The notes under the pieces were generated by a model. It saw nothing but the letters and a program-made list of their open reading frames with translations. It was not told where the DNA came from and did not search any database. Both the position numbers and the translations under genes were made by a program. This document shows, piece after piece, positions 8,971 to 17,909 of a stretch of DNA of 64,000 nt. This DNA comes from an uncultured virus (IMG/VR IMGVR_UViG_3300036398_005010) (Duplodnaviria; Heunggongvirae; Uroviricota; Caudoviricetes), in the IMG/VR virus record IMGVR_UViG_3300036398_005010; one strand, 5' to 3'. Each line of letters begins with the position of its first letter. The stretch's first letter is position 1.

Positions 8971-9624
8971 CTAGGAGTGGCTGCCGAGTGGCCCATCAGA
9001 GCCGGCGCGCCGGCTGATCCAGTCGATGTTCATGCGCTCGATCTTCTCGTAGCTCTTGGGGTTGTGCTCACGGGTGAGCTGCAGGAACTCATCGGTGTCG
9101 CTGCGCAGGCGAGTCAGGGCACCGACCAGGTCGATCGAACTCAGCCGGCGGTTGTGGTGGAAGTGGGGGACGCCTTTGACCCTGTGGTGCAGAGGGTTGC
9201 AGCAGAACTTGTCGCCACAGATGTGATCGATCGGCAGGCGGCCGATGTCGCCCCAGGTGAACCAGGTGGCGACCCGCGGGGCGGAGTACTGGCGGCTGCT
9301 GCCCCAGTGGCGCGGGAAGCGGAAGTAGCTGGTGGAGCCGTCGGCGTAGATCGGCCCCTGCCAGGGCCAGCACTCGGAGGGGTCCTTGATGTGAACGAAG
9401 GACCAGAACTCCAGAAAGCGGCGCCGGTACCGGGGGTGAATCTGGCGGATGTCCAGGGACAGGCGCCCCTCCGTCAGGGCTGCGATGCAGCGCACGCAGG
9501 CATGGCTGTCGTCGTAGCGGGGGATGTTGCCATCCAGGCTGCCGCGGGAGTGATCCAGGATCGGGCAGATCGGACCACTGGTGATGCGGCTGTGCAGGTC
9601 TTCAGGGATCGCCCAGCGTGCCAT
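8971..9624 (-). CDS. HNH/His-Cys-box-like endonuclease domain protein
   Basis: FWSFV...ECWPWQG...IDHICGDKFCCNPLH. Confidence 0.7.
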   Translation of the reverse strand: MARWAIPEDLHSRITSGPICPILDHSRGSLDGNIPRYDDSHACVRCIAALTEGRLSLDIRQIHPRYRRRFLEFWSFVHIKDPSECWPWQGPIYADGSTSYFRFPRHWGSSRQYSAPRVATWFTWGDIGRLPIDHICGDKFCCNPLHHRVKGVPHFHHNRRLSSIDLVGALTRLRSDTDEFLQLTREHNPKSYEKIERMNIDWISRRAGSDGPLGSHS

Positions 9625-9627
9625 AAA

Positions 9628-9948
9628 TCAACTCCGGTTGATGTGACCTGATTCCTTGTTGACCAGGGGGTAGCCCTTGGGGCACCTCCAGCCGCCGCCC
9701 ATGCCAACCAGCTGGCGGCGCTTGGGCAGCAGGACGAGATCGTCCATCGCCCAGAGCTCCAGGCGACTCAGGGCCAGCCCCTCGGGAATGACCTCGACTC
9801 GGGGGCGGGGGTAGGTGCGATCGATCAGGCCGGTCATCAGGCCCAGGCGCGGCTGCTTGCCCCGGGCGCAGAGCTCCACCCGCAGGCCGCGTTGCACCTG
9901 CTCGGCCTTCAGGGGTGAGGGTTTGGGCAGCAGCTTGATGTCAGCCAT
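9628..9948 (-). CDS. hypothetical protein
   Basis: Coupled to neighbouring genes. Confidence 0.65.
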   Translation of the reverse strand: MADIKLLPKPSPLKAEQVQRGLRVELCARGKQPRLGLMTGLIDRTYPRPRVEVIPEGLALSRLELWAMDDLVLLPKRRQLVGMGGGWRCPKGYPLVNKESGHINRS

Positions 9949-10486
9949 GGGGTCCCTCGCTCAGCGGGGTGACGTCCACCACGCGGAACAGGACACCGGT
10001 TTCGGCGGCCAACTCGCGGATCAGCTGCATGTCGAACTGCAGCCGTTCAGGGATCTGGAAGCCAGGGGTGGTGATCACGGCGCAACCGGACTCGACCAGG
10101 AGCGCCGCGGAGCGGGCGTCGGTGGGCGCCGGCCAGATGTAGGCGGAGCTGTTGCGCAGGGATGCCCCGCTTGCTGCAGCAATCGCTACAGCAGCCTGCT
10201 CGGCGCTGAGCAACAGGCCTGAGCGGACAGCCCGATCCCGCCGGCGGGCCATGGTGGAGCGCATCGAGCCAGGGAAGGTGTCACAGGCCGCGGCCAGCAG
10301 GCGGCCGGCGGAAGCGATCACGCAGCCCGAGCGGTTCAAAGGGTCGACCGACTGAGCGGCGTAGTGGCGGGCGATGGCCAGCATGCGCAGGTCTTCTGTA
10401 CCCAGGGGCGCCGGCAAGGGCGGAGCTGCCGGATGGAGGATGTCGATCAGCAGGTTGCTGCTGCCCTTGGAAGAGGGATCTGCCAT
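9941..10486 (-). CDS. dCMP deaminase-fold protein lacking Zn ligands
   Basis: A..YAAQSVDP..RSGCVI, SAEQAA (HAE site), PTDARSAALLVESG (PCxxC site). Confidence 0.65.
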   Translation of the reverse strand: MADPSSKGSSNLLIDILHPAAPPLPAPLGTEDLRMLAIARHYAAQSVDPLNRSGCVIASAGRLLAAACDTFPGSMRSTMARRRDRAVRSGLLLSAEQAAVAIAAASGASLRNSSAYIWPAPTDARSAALLVESGCAVITTPGFQIPERLQFDMQLIRELAAETGVLFRVVDVTPLSEGPHG

Positions 10487-11082
10487 CAGATCTTCTCCAT
10501 GGACAGAAGGGAATCGACCGTCCAGAAAAGGTCGCTGAGGCTGGTGCCGTTGTTGAGGACCACGGCGGTGATCCCGGGGCAGCCCTTGAGGCCCCCCTCA
10601 GAGGCGTGAGCCAGGGAGTCCTGGGCGGCTTCTTCGGCGCCGGGGCGATCCACCAGCCAGACGCGGCCGCCGATCGAGGTGAACAGGTCGACCTCATTGG
10701 GGAAGCGGACGTCGTCAACAACGACCGGGGTGCCCTGGCGCAGCAGCGAACGGGCGGTGTTGACCCAACACTGCAGCCAGACATCGGCGCAGATCTGCTC
10801 GCGCCCCCATTCAGTGCCCAGGGTCCGCAGCAGGTGGCGGCCGGTGACGCCGATGCCTGGGATGACCTCGTTGCGGTCCCGGTAGACGACCCGCTTGATG
10901 TCTTCCGGTGAGAGGGTGCCGAGGTGGGTCAGGAAAACCTCGGCCATCTCCTTGAGGGGCCGGGCAAAGGGGACCAGGGCAAACCCCTTGCCGGCCAGGT
11001 GGCCGGCGATGGTGCTCTTGCCGCTGCCAGGAGCGTGGGAGGTCAGGCCAATCAGCAGGGGTTCGGAGGCGGAAGGTTCCAT
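10486..11082 (-). CDS. deoxynucleoside monophosphate kinase
   Basis: LIGLT..PGSGKST, FARPLKE, RHLLRTLGTEWGR, VVDDVRFPNE, HASE. Confidence 0.9.
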   Translation of the reverse strand: MEPSASEPLLIGLTSHAPGSGKSTIAGHLAGKGFALVPFARPLKEMAEVFLTHLGTLSPEDIKRVVYRDRNEVIPGIGVTGRHLLRTLGTEWGREQICADVWLQCWVNTARSLLRQGTPVVVDDVRFPNEVDLFTSIGGRVWLVDRPGAEEAAQDSLAHASEGGLKGCPGITAVVLNNGTSLSDLFWTVDSLLSMEKI

Positions 11083-11085
11083 GGC

Positions 11086-11424
11086 TCAGCCCTCCACGTC
11101 GGCACCGGAGCCCACGGGCTGTTCCTCGGCGTCGGGGACTGACGGACGCCAGCCGGATTGCCAGATCGCCCGGGCCCGCTCCTGCAGCTCTTCGACGGAG
11201 AGGTTCCAGGCCTTGAGGGCCTGGAGGATCGTCTCGGCAAGATCGGGCGAGAGGCGGGAATCGCGGTAGCGGATGTACAGACGGGAGGCGTTGACGATGT
11301 CCGACTCCGAGGGAGCGGAGACGCCCGCCAGGGCTTCAATGACCGGCCGGTCCAGCAGGTCGAGCGGGTGGGGGTGCTCGATGGAGGCGACCGGCGTGGG
11401 CCTCCAGGGAAGAGGGACCGGCAT
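11086..11424 (-). CDS. DUF3288-family protein (cyanobacterial)
   Basis: HPL...DR...ASRLYIRY...LKAWNLS.EEL..RARAIWQSGWRP; start uncertain. Confidence 0.7.
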   Translation of the reverse strand: MPVPLPWRPTPVASIEHPHPLDLLDRPVIEALAGVSAPSESDIVNASRLYIRYRDSRLSPDLAETILQALKAWNLSVEELQERARAIWQSGWRPSVPDAEEQPVGSGADVEG

Positions 11425-11539
11425 GGAAATGCAGGACGGAACGGGCGGATCGTACTGCCAGGCGGTTGCCCTGGCTAGTGGGCTGAGAGATGGATCTGGC
11501 AGGTGCCGGGCTGTCTCAATGAGACGGGGAGGGGCGGCA

Positions 11540-12160
11540 GGGGGTGTAACGGCGCCTTCTGTAACGCCACGAAAACGAAGACGATTTGGCAAAACCCTTG
11601 TGGCAGAGCGGGTTTTGAAACTCGGAAAACTTGTGTAGCGTCACGTCACGCCATTCGCCTAGACTTTTCTTGAAGGAAGTTTCCCTCTGGTGGGTTGTTC
11701 AGAACCCGCATGAATACTAGCCCGGAGGAAAAGAGGAGTCCGGGCAGACGATGACCAAACGGTGAGATTAGTGAGACGGAAGTGAGACGAGGAGGTCGGC
11801 GAGGGAGGGAGGGCGTAGCCCCCGGAAACAGCTTCCCTCAATAAAGGTCTAGACCAATGGCGTTACGGTGTTACGCCGTGACGGTTCTCAGCAGAACGAG
11901 TCGTGCCAACGGGTCTCGAGGAAATGATGGCGTTACGCTCGCACCCGAAAGTCGAAGCATTCCCGGCCATCTCATTCTGGACCCAGGTGTCAGGCCTGAA
12001 AACAGCAGGGTTCACGACTGGTCTCAGGAGACTCACCCTTCTGCTGGCCTGTCTCAGTGTCGTGGCAAGTCTCTTGAGACTCACGCTTCTCCAAAGAAAA
12101 ACCCCGGCGACCAAACCGGGGCTCCTGTTCTCATTGACCGCCTCAGCAGTCAGTCCGCAA
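11540..12160. other. putative replication origin / non-coding region
   Basis: No convincing ORF; repeated TGTAACG/CGTTAC, ATGGCGTTACG x2 and GTGAGA x3, directly downstream of the primase-helicase. Confidence 0.45.
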
Positions 12161-12168
12161 GATACGCG

Positions 12169-14700
12169 CTATTGGTACTTCCGCCAAAAGCGTGTGGGGG
12201 TTCCCTGAATTCGGGCCAGGGTGTTCTCGTAGCCCATGCGCCGCAGTTCATCAGAGATCTGGCGGGTCATGGCAGTACTGCGATCGACGCCCAGGCCCAG
12301 CCACTCAAAGACGTCGGCCATGGTGTAGGCCGGCTGCCCCTTGTGGACGAAGCTGCACTGCCTGGCTAGGGCGGTGCGCAGTGAACCCTCCAGCGGGCTG
12401 TCGAGGCTGTGGACCCCGTGGACCGGTTCCACTCGGGTGAGTTCGTAGGAGCTGAACTCGTGGACCGGGCTGTCCAGGTAGGCCTGGTAGGCGGCTGCCC
12501 AGATCCGGTCCCGGTCGAGCTTGAGTCGGTCGAGGTCGATGATCTTGATGTTGGGGTCCTCTGGAGCAGGGACCTTGCCAGGCACCCGGATCGGCATGAA
12601 GCGGCGGTTGCCGGTGGGGTCGACCATGAAGTTCATGGAGTTGGTCGCCCCGCAGAGCACGAAGGATCTCGGGAAGGAGCGCTCGTTCTCGTATTTGCGG
12701 GCTGAGCGGTCGTTGGCCACGCTGATTAGGTTCTTGAGTTCCTCGGTGTACTGCCGCTTGAAGTAGCGCTCAACCTCATCGAGTAGAACCAGCCAGCCGG
12801 CATGGAGGGCGTGGGGCTTCTCCTTGAGGTAGGCGATCCCCTGCTGGATGGTTGTCACCCAGGGGTAGTCGTTGTTCAGGGGACTGGGCGGGGTGAGGTA
12901 CTGAAAGAAGTTGGACTTGCCCAAGTTCTGGGGGCCGACCAGGATCAGCATCCAGCTGTGTGGGCAGCCAGGGTTGATGGTTCGGGCGACGGCACCCACC
13001 AGGAAACGGCGCAGCACCTCGTCGGCGTAGAGCCGGCCGCAGGGCAGCCGAGGGTTATCGGTCGACTCCTCGCTCACCCCCAGCAGCACCTGGGCCAGCT
13101 CATCGAAGTAGCTGATTGGATCAGCGTTCTTGCGGCAATGCTCCAGGTAGGTCTTGACCGGGTTGTAGGCGTTCTCCTCACCCAGGATCCGGGTGACGTC
13201 GGTGACCAGCGTTTTGGGCATGTTGCGCCCAGCGAGCTCCGAGACCGGCACATAAGCCATGGTCGGATCGCCGATCACCCGGGGCTTGTGCATGGGCCCG
13301 TACTCCAGGTTGTAGGTGAGGGTGTTGAGCCGCAGGGACGGATAGCGCTTGCGCACGGCGTCCTTGATGACCGGGATCGTGAGGTCGTCGCCGCCCGTGG
13401 ATTTCTTGCTGCGGCCCTTTTTGCCGCCCCTCAGGAGCGGGTCGCCGCTGAGATCTGGCTGCTCACCAGGTGGCGGATCGGCCTCGTGGGCGTGGATCAG
13501 ATCGAGGCCGAGATCCTCAAAGGGATCGTCGGGGTCGTCCAGCTCGGACGGCAGGGGCGGCGGCTCCGGGGTGGAAAAGTAGGGGGCCGGCGCTTCCGGC
13601 GCTGGCTGCTCTGGAGCGGGCGGCTTTTGCGTTGCCGAGGTGGGGATTACTGGTTTGTTCAGCTCCCGCCAGCCCTGCAGCGTGGCCTCGGTGATCTCGA
13701 AGATCGAGGGGGTCGGCGCCGGAGCGGCTGGCCGCTGCTCGGGATCGAGATCCAGGAAGTCGTCTTCACAGCCCATGAAGTCGGCCATGGCGTAGCCGGC
13801 CGCGGCTACCTGAAAGCCGCCGCCGCTTTTGCGCAGGTGCTCAGGCATGGAGCGGCGCCAGTTGGGATCCTGCTCGCCGGCCAGGAAGAACAGCGTGGCC
13901 AGTGAGGAGCGGCCTGAGAATCCCCGGAAGAAGCGCTCGTTGGCCTGGCGGGCGTTCTTGCCTTTGCCGTGGTGGCCGCGGGAGGCCCAGTCCGACCAGG
14001 CGGGGTAGAGATCGGCGCCAGCCGAGGCAGCTGCAGCGGTGATGCGGATGAAGCGATCGCGCTCACCATCGGCGGTGGGCTCGAGCACCTCCTCAAGGAC
14101 GTGGATCGCCTGGCCGATGTCGATGTCGTCGTAGTCGCCGGTGGCTTCCAGGCGCTGCTTCTGCTGGCGGACCAGCTCACGGGCCCGCTGCAGGAGCTCA
14201 TCCGGCAGGGCCTGGTCAGGGTGGAGCCACTGCTGCTCACCGGTGCTGCAGCCATAGAAGAGGCGGCAGGGGTCGCTGCAGCTCTTGTCGCCGCCGAACT
14301 CGCGGATCAGCAGGGTGACCAGGGCCTTGTAGAGCTCCGGGTCACTGATGCGCTCCTGCAGCCGGAAGATGACACGGAAGCGGTGCTGGCCGGGCTCGGG
14401 CCGGTGGCTGGAGGTGGTGTACAGCAGGGCGGCGTGGGCCGCCATCGGGTGCTGGCGAAACCCATCGAGGTCAAGGCCTTCGTCGATGTCGATCACCACC
14501 AGGTCGGCGTGCAGGAACACCTCCGAGCTGCGGTGCTGGGATCGCATCGCCGCCGGGATGAAGGCGCGGCCAGCGGCGATCAGTTCGGCGAGGCCTTCTA
14601 GGGTGGTCTCGCAGCGTTGCCAGTTGTCGGCGTACTCAGACAGCCAGGCGGGCGGCTTGTTGCGGATCGCCGGGTGGACGGAGAGGACGAGATCACCCAT
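12169..14700 (-). CDS. DNA primase-helicase (AEP-type primase, PriCT-like domain, VirE/VapE P-loop helicase)
   Basis: VVIDID, YTTSSH...RFRVIF, DPCRLFY; GPQNLGKS, LLDE, FVLCGATN..F.VDPTGNRRF. Confidence 0.9.
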   Translation of the reverse strand: MGDLVLSVHPAIRNKPPAWLSEYADNWQRCETTLEGLAELIAAGRAFIPAAMRSQHRSSEVFLHADLVVIDIDEGLDLDGFRQHPMAAHAALLYTTSSHRPEPGQHRFRVIFRLQERISDPELYKALVTLLIREFGGDKSCSDPCRLFYGCSTGEQQWLHPDQALPDELLQRARELVRQQKQRLEATGDYDDIDIGQAIHVLEEVLEPTADGERDRFIRITAAAASAGADLYPAWSDWASRGHHGKGKNARQANERFFRGFSGRSSLATLFFLAGEQDPNWRRSMPEHLRKSGGGFQVAAAGYAMADFMGCEDDFLDLDPEQRPAAPAPTPSIFEITEATLQGWRELNKPVIPTSATQKPPAPEQPAPEAPAPYFSTPEPPPLPSELDDPDDPFEDLGLDLIHAHEADPPPGEQPDLSGDPLLRGGKKGRSKKSTGGDDLTIPVIKDAVRKRYPSLRLNTLTYNLEYGPMHKPRVIGDPTMAYVPVSELAGRNMPKTLVTDVTRILGEENAYNPVKTYLEHCRKNADPISYFDELAQVLLGVSEESTDNPRLPCGRLYADEVLRRFLVGAVARTINPGCPHSWMLILVGPQNLGKSNFFQYLTPPSPLNNDYPWVTTIQQGIAYLKEKPHALHAGWLVLLDEVERYFKRQYTEELKNLISVANDRSARKYENERSFPRSFVLCGATNSMNFMVDPTGNRRFMPIRVPGKVPAPEDPNIKIIDLDRLKLDRDRIWAAAYQAYLDSPVHEFSSYELTRVEPVHGVHSLDSPLEGSLRTALARQCSFVHKGQPAYTMADVFEWLGLGVDRSTAMTRQISDELRRMGYENTLARIQGTPTRFWRKYQ

Positions 14701-15167
14701 CAGGCGCACTCCTGGGCCAGACCCAGTGCGGCCTCAGGCGACAGGCCGCGGTGAATGCGGCTGTAGACGGTGTCGCGGGAGAGGCCGAGCCGCTGGCACC
14801 AGTCGCGGATCGGGAGTGTTTCACCCTGGTGGCTGATGAGTAGCCGTGGTGTTCGCCCGGGGCGGGTGCAGGCCCCCCAGGTGCAGTTGCTCGGGCGGTA
14901 GGGGAGGGATGGATCGGGGCGTACCAGGCCCAACTCCCGGGACGGGCAGAGTCCCATGTCCTTGACAAACAAGTCGAAGGACTGAACCCAGGGCATGTAG
15001 ACGGGGCAGCGCGGGCGGTCTTCCGCCGGTTGGGACTCCCATTGCCGGTAGACGCGCATGAGTTGGCTCCAGCGGCGGTGGGTGACCTGGAGACCCTCTG
15101 ACGCCTGGGCACCCCGCGGCTGCAGGGTGGAGCGAAGGCGCAGGCGCCTGATCGAGCGACTGGTCAT
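14700..15167 (-). CDS. degenerate HNH homing-endonuclease-like protein
   Basis: W..SFDLFVKDMG.CPS..L.L.R.D....Y.PSNCTW plus C-terminal HTH; catalytic residues look altered. Confidence 0.55.
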   Translation of the reverse strand: MTSRSIRRLRLRSTLQPRGAQASEGLQVTHRRWSQLMRVYRQWESQPAEDRPRCPVYMPWVQSFDLFVKDMGLCPSRELGLVRPDPSLPYRPSNCTWGACTRPGRTPRLLISHQGETLPIRDWCQRLGLSRDTVYSRIHRGLSPEAALGLAQECA

Positions 15168-15364
15168 GCGTGGGTGCTTGCTGTGGCAGGCGGCCAGTCT
15201 GCCGCGTGTTGCAGCAGATTGCCAGCTATTAAGTCGCATGAAGGGGGAAAGTGTTTATCAGGGCTGGCAACTAGGTTTAGGTTCCGGTCGTCAGTTACCA
15301 GGGCTGGCAGCGGCGGTCGGCCGTGGCCGTTGCATTTAACCCAATTGTTTGGCAGCATGAGCCC

Positions 15365-16024
15365 ATGTCCCCACTCACAAAAACGAAAGCCAAGGTGTCC
15401 GCCTCAGAGGCGGATTCCGAGCGGCTGGTGCGCTTCGCCAAGGCGTTGCGCCAGGCGATGATCGTCAATGAGATCAGCGAGCGCCGCATGGCAGCCATGC
15501 TAGGCATCACCAGCGGCACCACGCAGAAGTACTTCCGCGGCGAGGTCGACCCCCTGAAGGTGGGCACGGGCGTGAACCGCGGGCTGGCCCGGCTGCTGGG
15601 TGTGAGCCTGGATCAGCTGGTGGATTACTACGAGACGGGCAGCTACGCCAAGGAGATGGACGCGGGGCTCAGCTTTGAGAAGGTGGCCAGCTGGATGCAG
15701 TCCAGCGATGGCATTGAGCACATCGGCAGCATCCTGCAGGCCGCGGCCAAGGTGTGTCAGCGGGGTGCCGTGGCAGACCTATCGGCCGCTGCCCCTGCTG
15801 CTCCACTGAAGCCGTTCACCTGGCCGCTTGAGGAACTCAAGAGCGCCGGGGTGTCGGAGGCCCTGCAGGAGCGCATGGGCCTGACAGTAGAGGCATTGCG
15901 GGCCCTGGTCGAAGACGGGCAGTTCGACGGGGAGCTGGTGGAGGCGTTCAGCGTGGCCACCAACCTGGACCCGAAGGAGGTGCACAAGGCCTTCAAGGGG
16001 CGGAAAGCCATACCGCAGGAGTGA
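15365..16024 (+). CDS. XRE-family HTH transcriptional regulator
   Basis: ISERRMAAMLGITSGTTQKYFRGE...LARLLGVSLDQL; divergent from the replication operon. Confidence 0.75.
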   Translation: MSPLTKTKAKVSASEADSERLVRFAKALRQAMIVNEISERRMAAMLGITSGTTQKYFRGEVDPLKVGTGVNRGLARLLGVSLDQLVDYYETGSYAKEMDAGLSFEKVASWMQSSDGIEHIGSILQAAAKVCQRGAVADLSAAAPAAPLKPFTWPLEELKSAGVSEALQERMGLTVEALRALVEDGQFDGELVEAFSVATNLDPKEVHKAFKGRKAIPQE

Positions 16025-16186
16025 GCAAAGCTGGCACCAGCAGAGGTAAGCTGACCCAGGTCGCCTTGAGAAAGCGACGCTTCGCCGAGAGGCGGAGAGG
16101 ACGGGCGGGACCCTGAGAAAGTCCCGCCACCACCCCCGAGACCAGGATTGAGTCGCAGCTAGACTCAGTCCTGGCATTGGGAAACC

Positions 16187-16777
16187 GTGGACTTCCAGCA
16201 GCCTCAGGAAGTGTTTTCCCGGATCTACGGGCCACTGTTTGGCAGTGCAGGCTTCCCGGGGCGAGCTACCGAGTCAGCAGAGGCCAGGGCTTTTGAGCAG
16301 GCGGGATTGAATTACGCCGCCGTCCAGGAAGCCCGCCGCCGGGAGGCGAGCAGATCCCTGCTGCAGGCGGCTGCCAAGCGCGGTGAGTCGTATCAGCTGA
16401 GCCTGCCGGGGATGAATCCCACGCTGATGGCGCTGAGGTCGCCGCTGGGGCTGAGCCCGCAGGAGATGGCCGCGGCCGGGGTTGTCGGCTACGGCTGGCA
16501 GCGCAGCCCTGAAGCTGCTGGCCAGCAGATGGAGCTGAGCCTGGGTGACCTGGCGGCAGCGGCGAACGCAAGGGTTCCGCTACGGAGGCCCAGTCCGACT
16601 GCTGGCGGCGGTGGCCGTCCACCTGGAGCACCGCCGATCGGTCCGATCAACCTGCCGCCCGGCCCGGCTGCCGCAGGAGCGATGCGCCTGGCCGGCGCCC
16701 GGCTGCCGCAGCTGCTGGCGTATGCCCTGGCTGGCGCGGGAGGGGCCGCTGGGTCCTGGTTATCGTGGGGTGACTGA
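16187..16777 (+). CDS. hypothetical Ala/Gly/Pro-rich protein (putative virion-internal)
   Basis: GTG start after CTAGACT; internal RLAG motif. Confidence 0.6.
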   Translation: MDFQQPQEVFSRIYGPLFGSAGFPGRATESAEARAFEQAGLNYAAVQEARRREASRSLLQAAAKRGESYQLSLPGMNPTLMALRSPLGLSPQEMAAAGVVGYGWQRSPEAAGQQMELSLGDLAAAANARVPLRRPSPTAGGGGRPPGAPPIGPINLPPGPAAAGAMRLAGARLPQLLAYALAGAGGAAGSWLSWGD

Positions 16778-16788
16778 GGGGCTCAACT

Positions 16789-17346
16789 ATGACCCGGATG
16801 GCAGCACTCGGCCAGTGGCTGATGCGCGAGCCCATGGCAGCAGGCATGGGCCAGGGTGTCCTGTCTGCCGGGTTGTCGGCCTACGGGAATCTGGCCGAGG
16901 AGAACGATCGCAGCAAGGGCGATCAGCGAATGATTCTGGAGTCGCTCCTGGCTGGCGCCGGTGGCGGCCTGGCGGCGGCTAAGGCGCGGCAGTTCATGAA
17001 CAGGAAGTCGGTCGCCATGACGGGACAGGCGCTGGAGGCGCTCAGGGTCCGGCATCCGCAGGTCCATGGACGCCTGCAGCAGGCATATCGCAGTTCGCCG
17101 TTGGCCGGCCGGGTGCCGCCGTCCACATTGATGAACCTGGGCGTGACCTCCCTGGCCGCTGGTGTTGGCGCCGGGATCGGGGGCGGCAACCTGGCGCCAT
17201 TCCTGGCGGACCAGGCGGGGCTGCTTCAGGTGCCGGGTTCCTGGACCCAGCGCGCTGATGACTGGAACTGGGATCGCCAGATCCCTGCGGAAGAAGCCAT
17301 CGCCCAGGCCGTGGCCCAGCGGCTGGCCGAGATGGGGGTCTCATGA
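16789..17346 (+). CDS. hypothetical protein, N-terminus MTRMAA
   Basis: Coupled operon; Gly-zipper-like segments. Confidence 0.7.
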   Translation: MTRMAALGQWLMREPMAAGMGQGVLSAGLSAYGNLAEENDRSKGDQRMILESLLAGAGGGLAAAKARQFMNRKSVAMTGQALEALRVRHPQVHGRLQQAYRSSPLAGRVPPSTLMNLGVTSLAAGVGAGIGGGNLAPFLADQAGLLQVPGSWTQRADDWNWDRQIPAEEAIAQAVAQRLAEMGVS

Positions 17347-17909
17347 GATTCGCAGGAGAACTGGCCCTGATCGGAGCGGCTGGCAGCGGGGCAGCCCTGG
17401 CTGCTGATCAGTTGGCCCATGACGAAATGGATCGCCTGGCCCAGGGCAGCAAGGACTTCAGGGCCGCGGTTGCGGCCCAGCCTGAGGAGCTGGTGATGGC
17501 CTATGAGCAGGTGTTCTCCCAGGGGGAGATGAGCATGATGGACCGGGTTGTCGCTGCCGGGATCCTGGATGGTCAAATGCTCCCAGCTGATGGCGAAGTC
17601 CAGGCCGATTCACCGGCGGGCAAGAAGGGGATCGAGCTTGCCATGCAGATCCGCCAGGCCAGGCCTGATCTGGCTGCATCACTGGCGACCTTGGCGGCTA
17701 AGGACATCGACCTGATGGCGAAGCAGTCAGAGAAGGGAGTGACCACGATGGACGTGATCTCCGCCGGCGAGATGGGCTCTGGCGTCTCTCCGATCCCGGC
17801 AGTCCTGGCCGGCGCTGGTGTCGGCGGCGGCACTGCTGCCCTGGCGGCCCTCATGCGCAAGCGTGGCGGCGGCGGTGATCCGTTCCAGGTGCGGAGGGCT
17901 GGCTCGTGA
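17343..17909 (+). CDS. hypothetical protein, N-terminus MRFAGE
   Basis: ATGA overlap with upstream gene. Confidence 0.7.
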   Translation: MRFAGELALIGAAGSGAALAADQLAHDEMDRLAQGSKDFRAAVAAQPEELVMAYEQVFSQGEMSMMDRVVAAGILDGQMLPADGEVQADSPAGKKGIELAMQIRQARPDLAASLATLAAKDIDLMAKQSEKGVTTMDVISAGEMGSGVSPIPAVLAGAGVGGGTAALAALMRKRGGGGDPFQVRRAGS

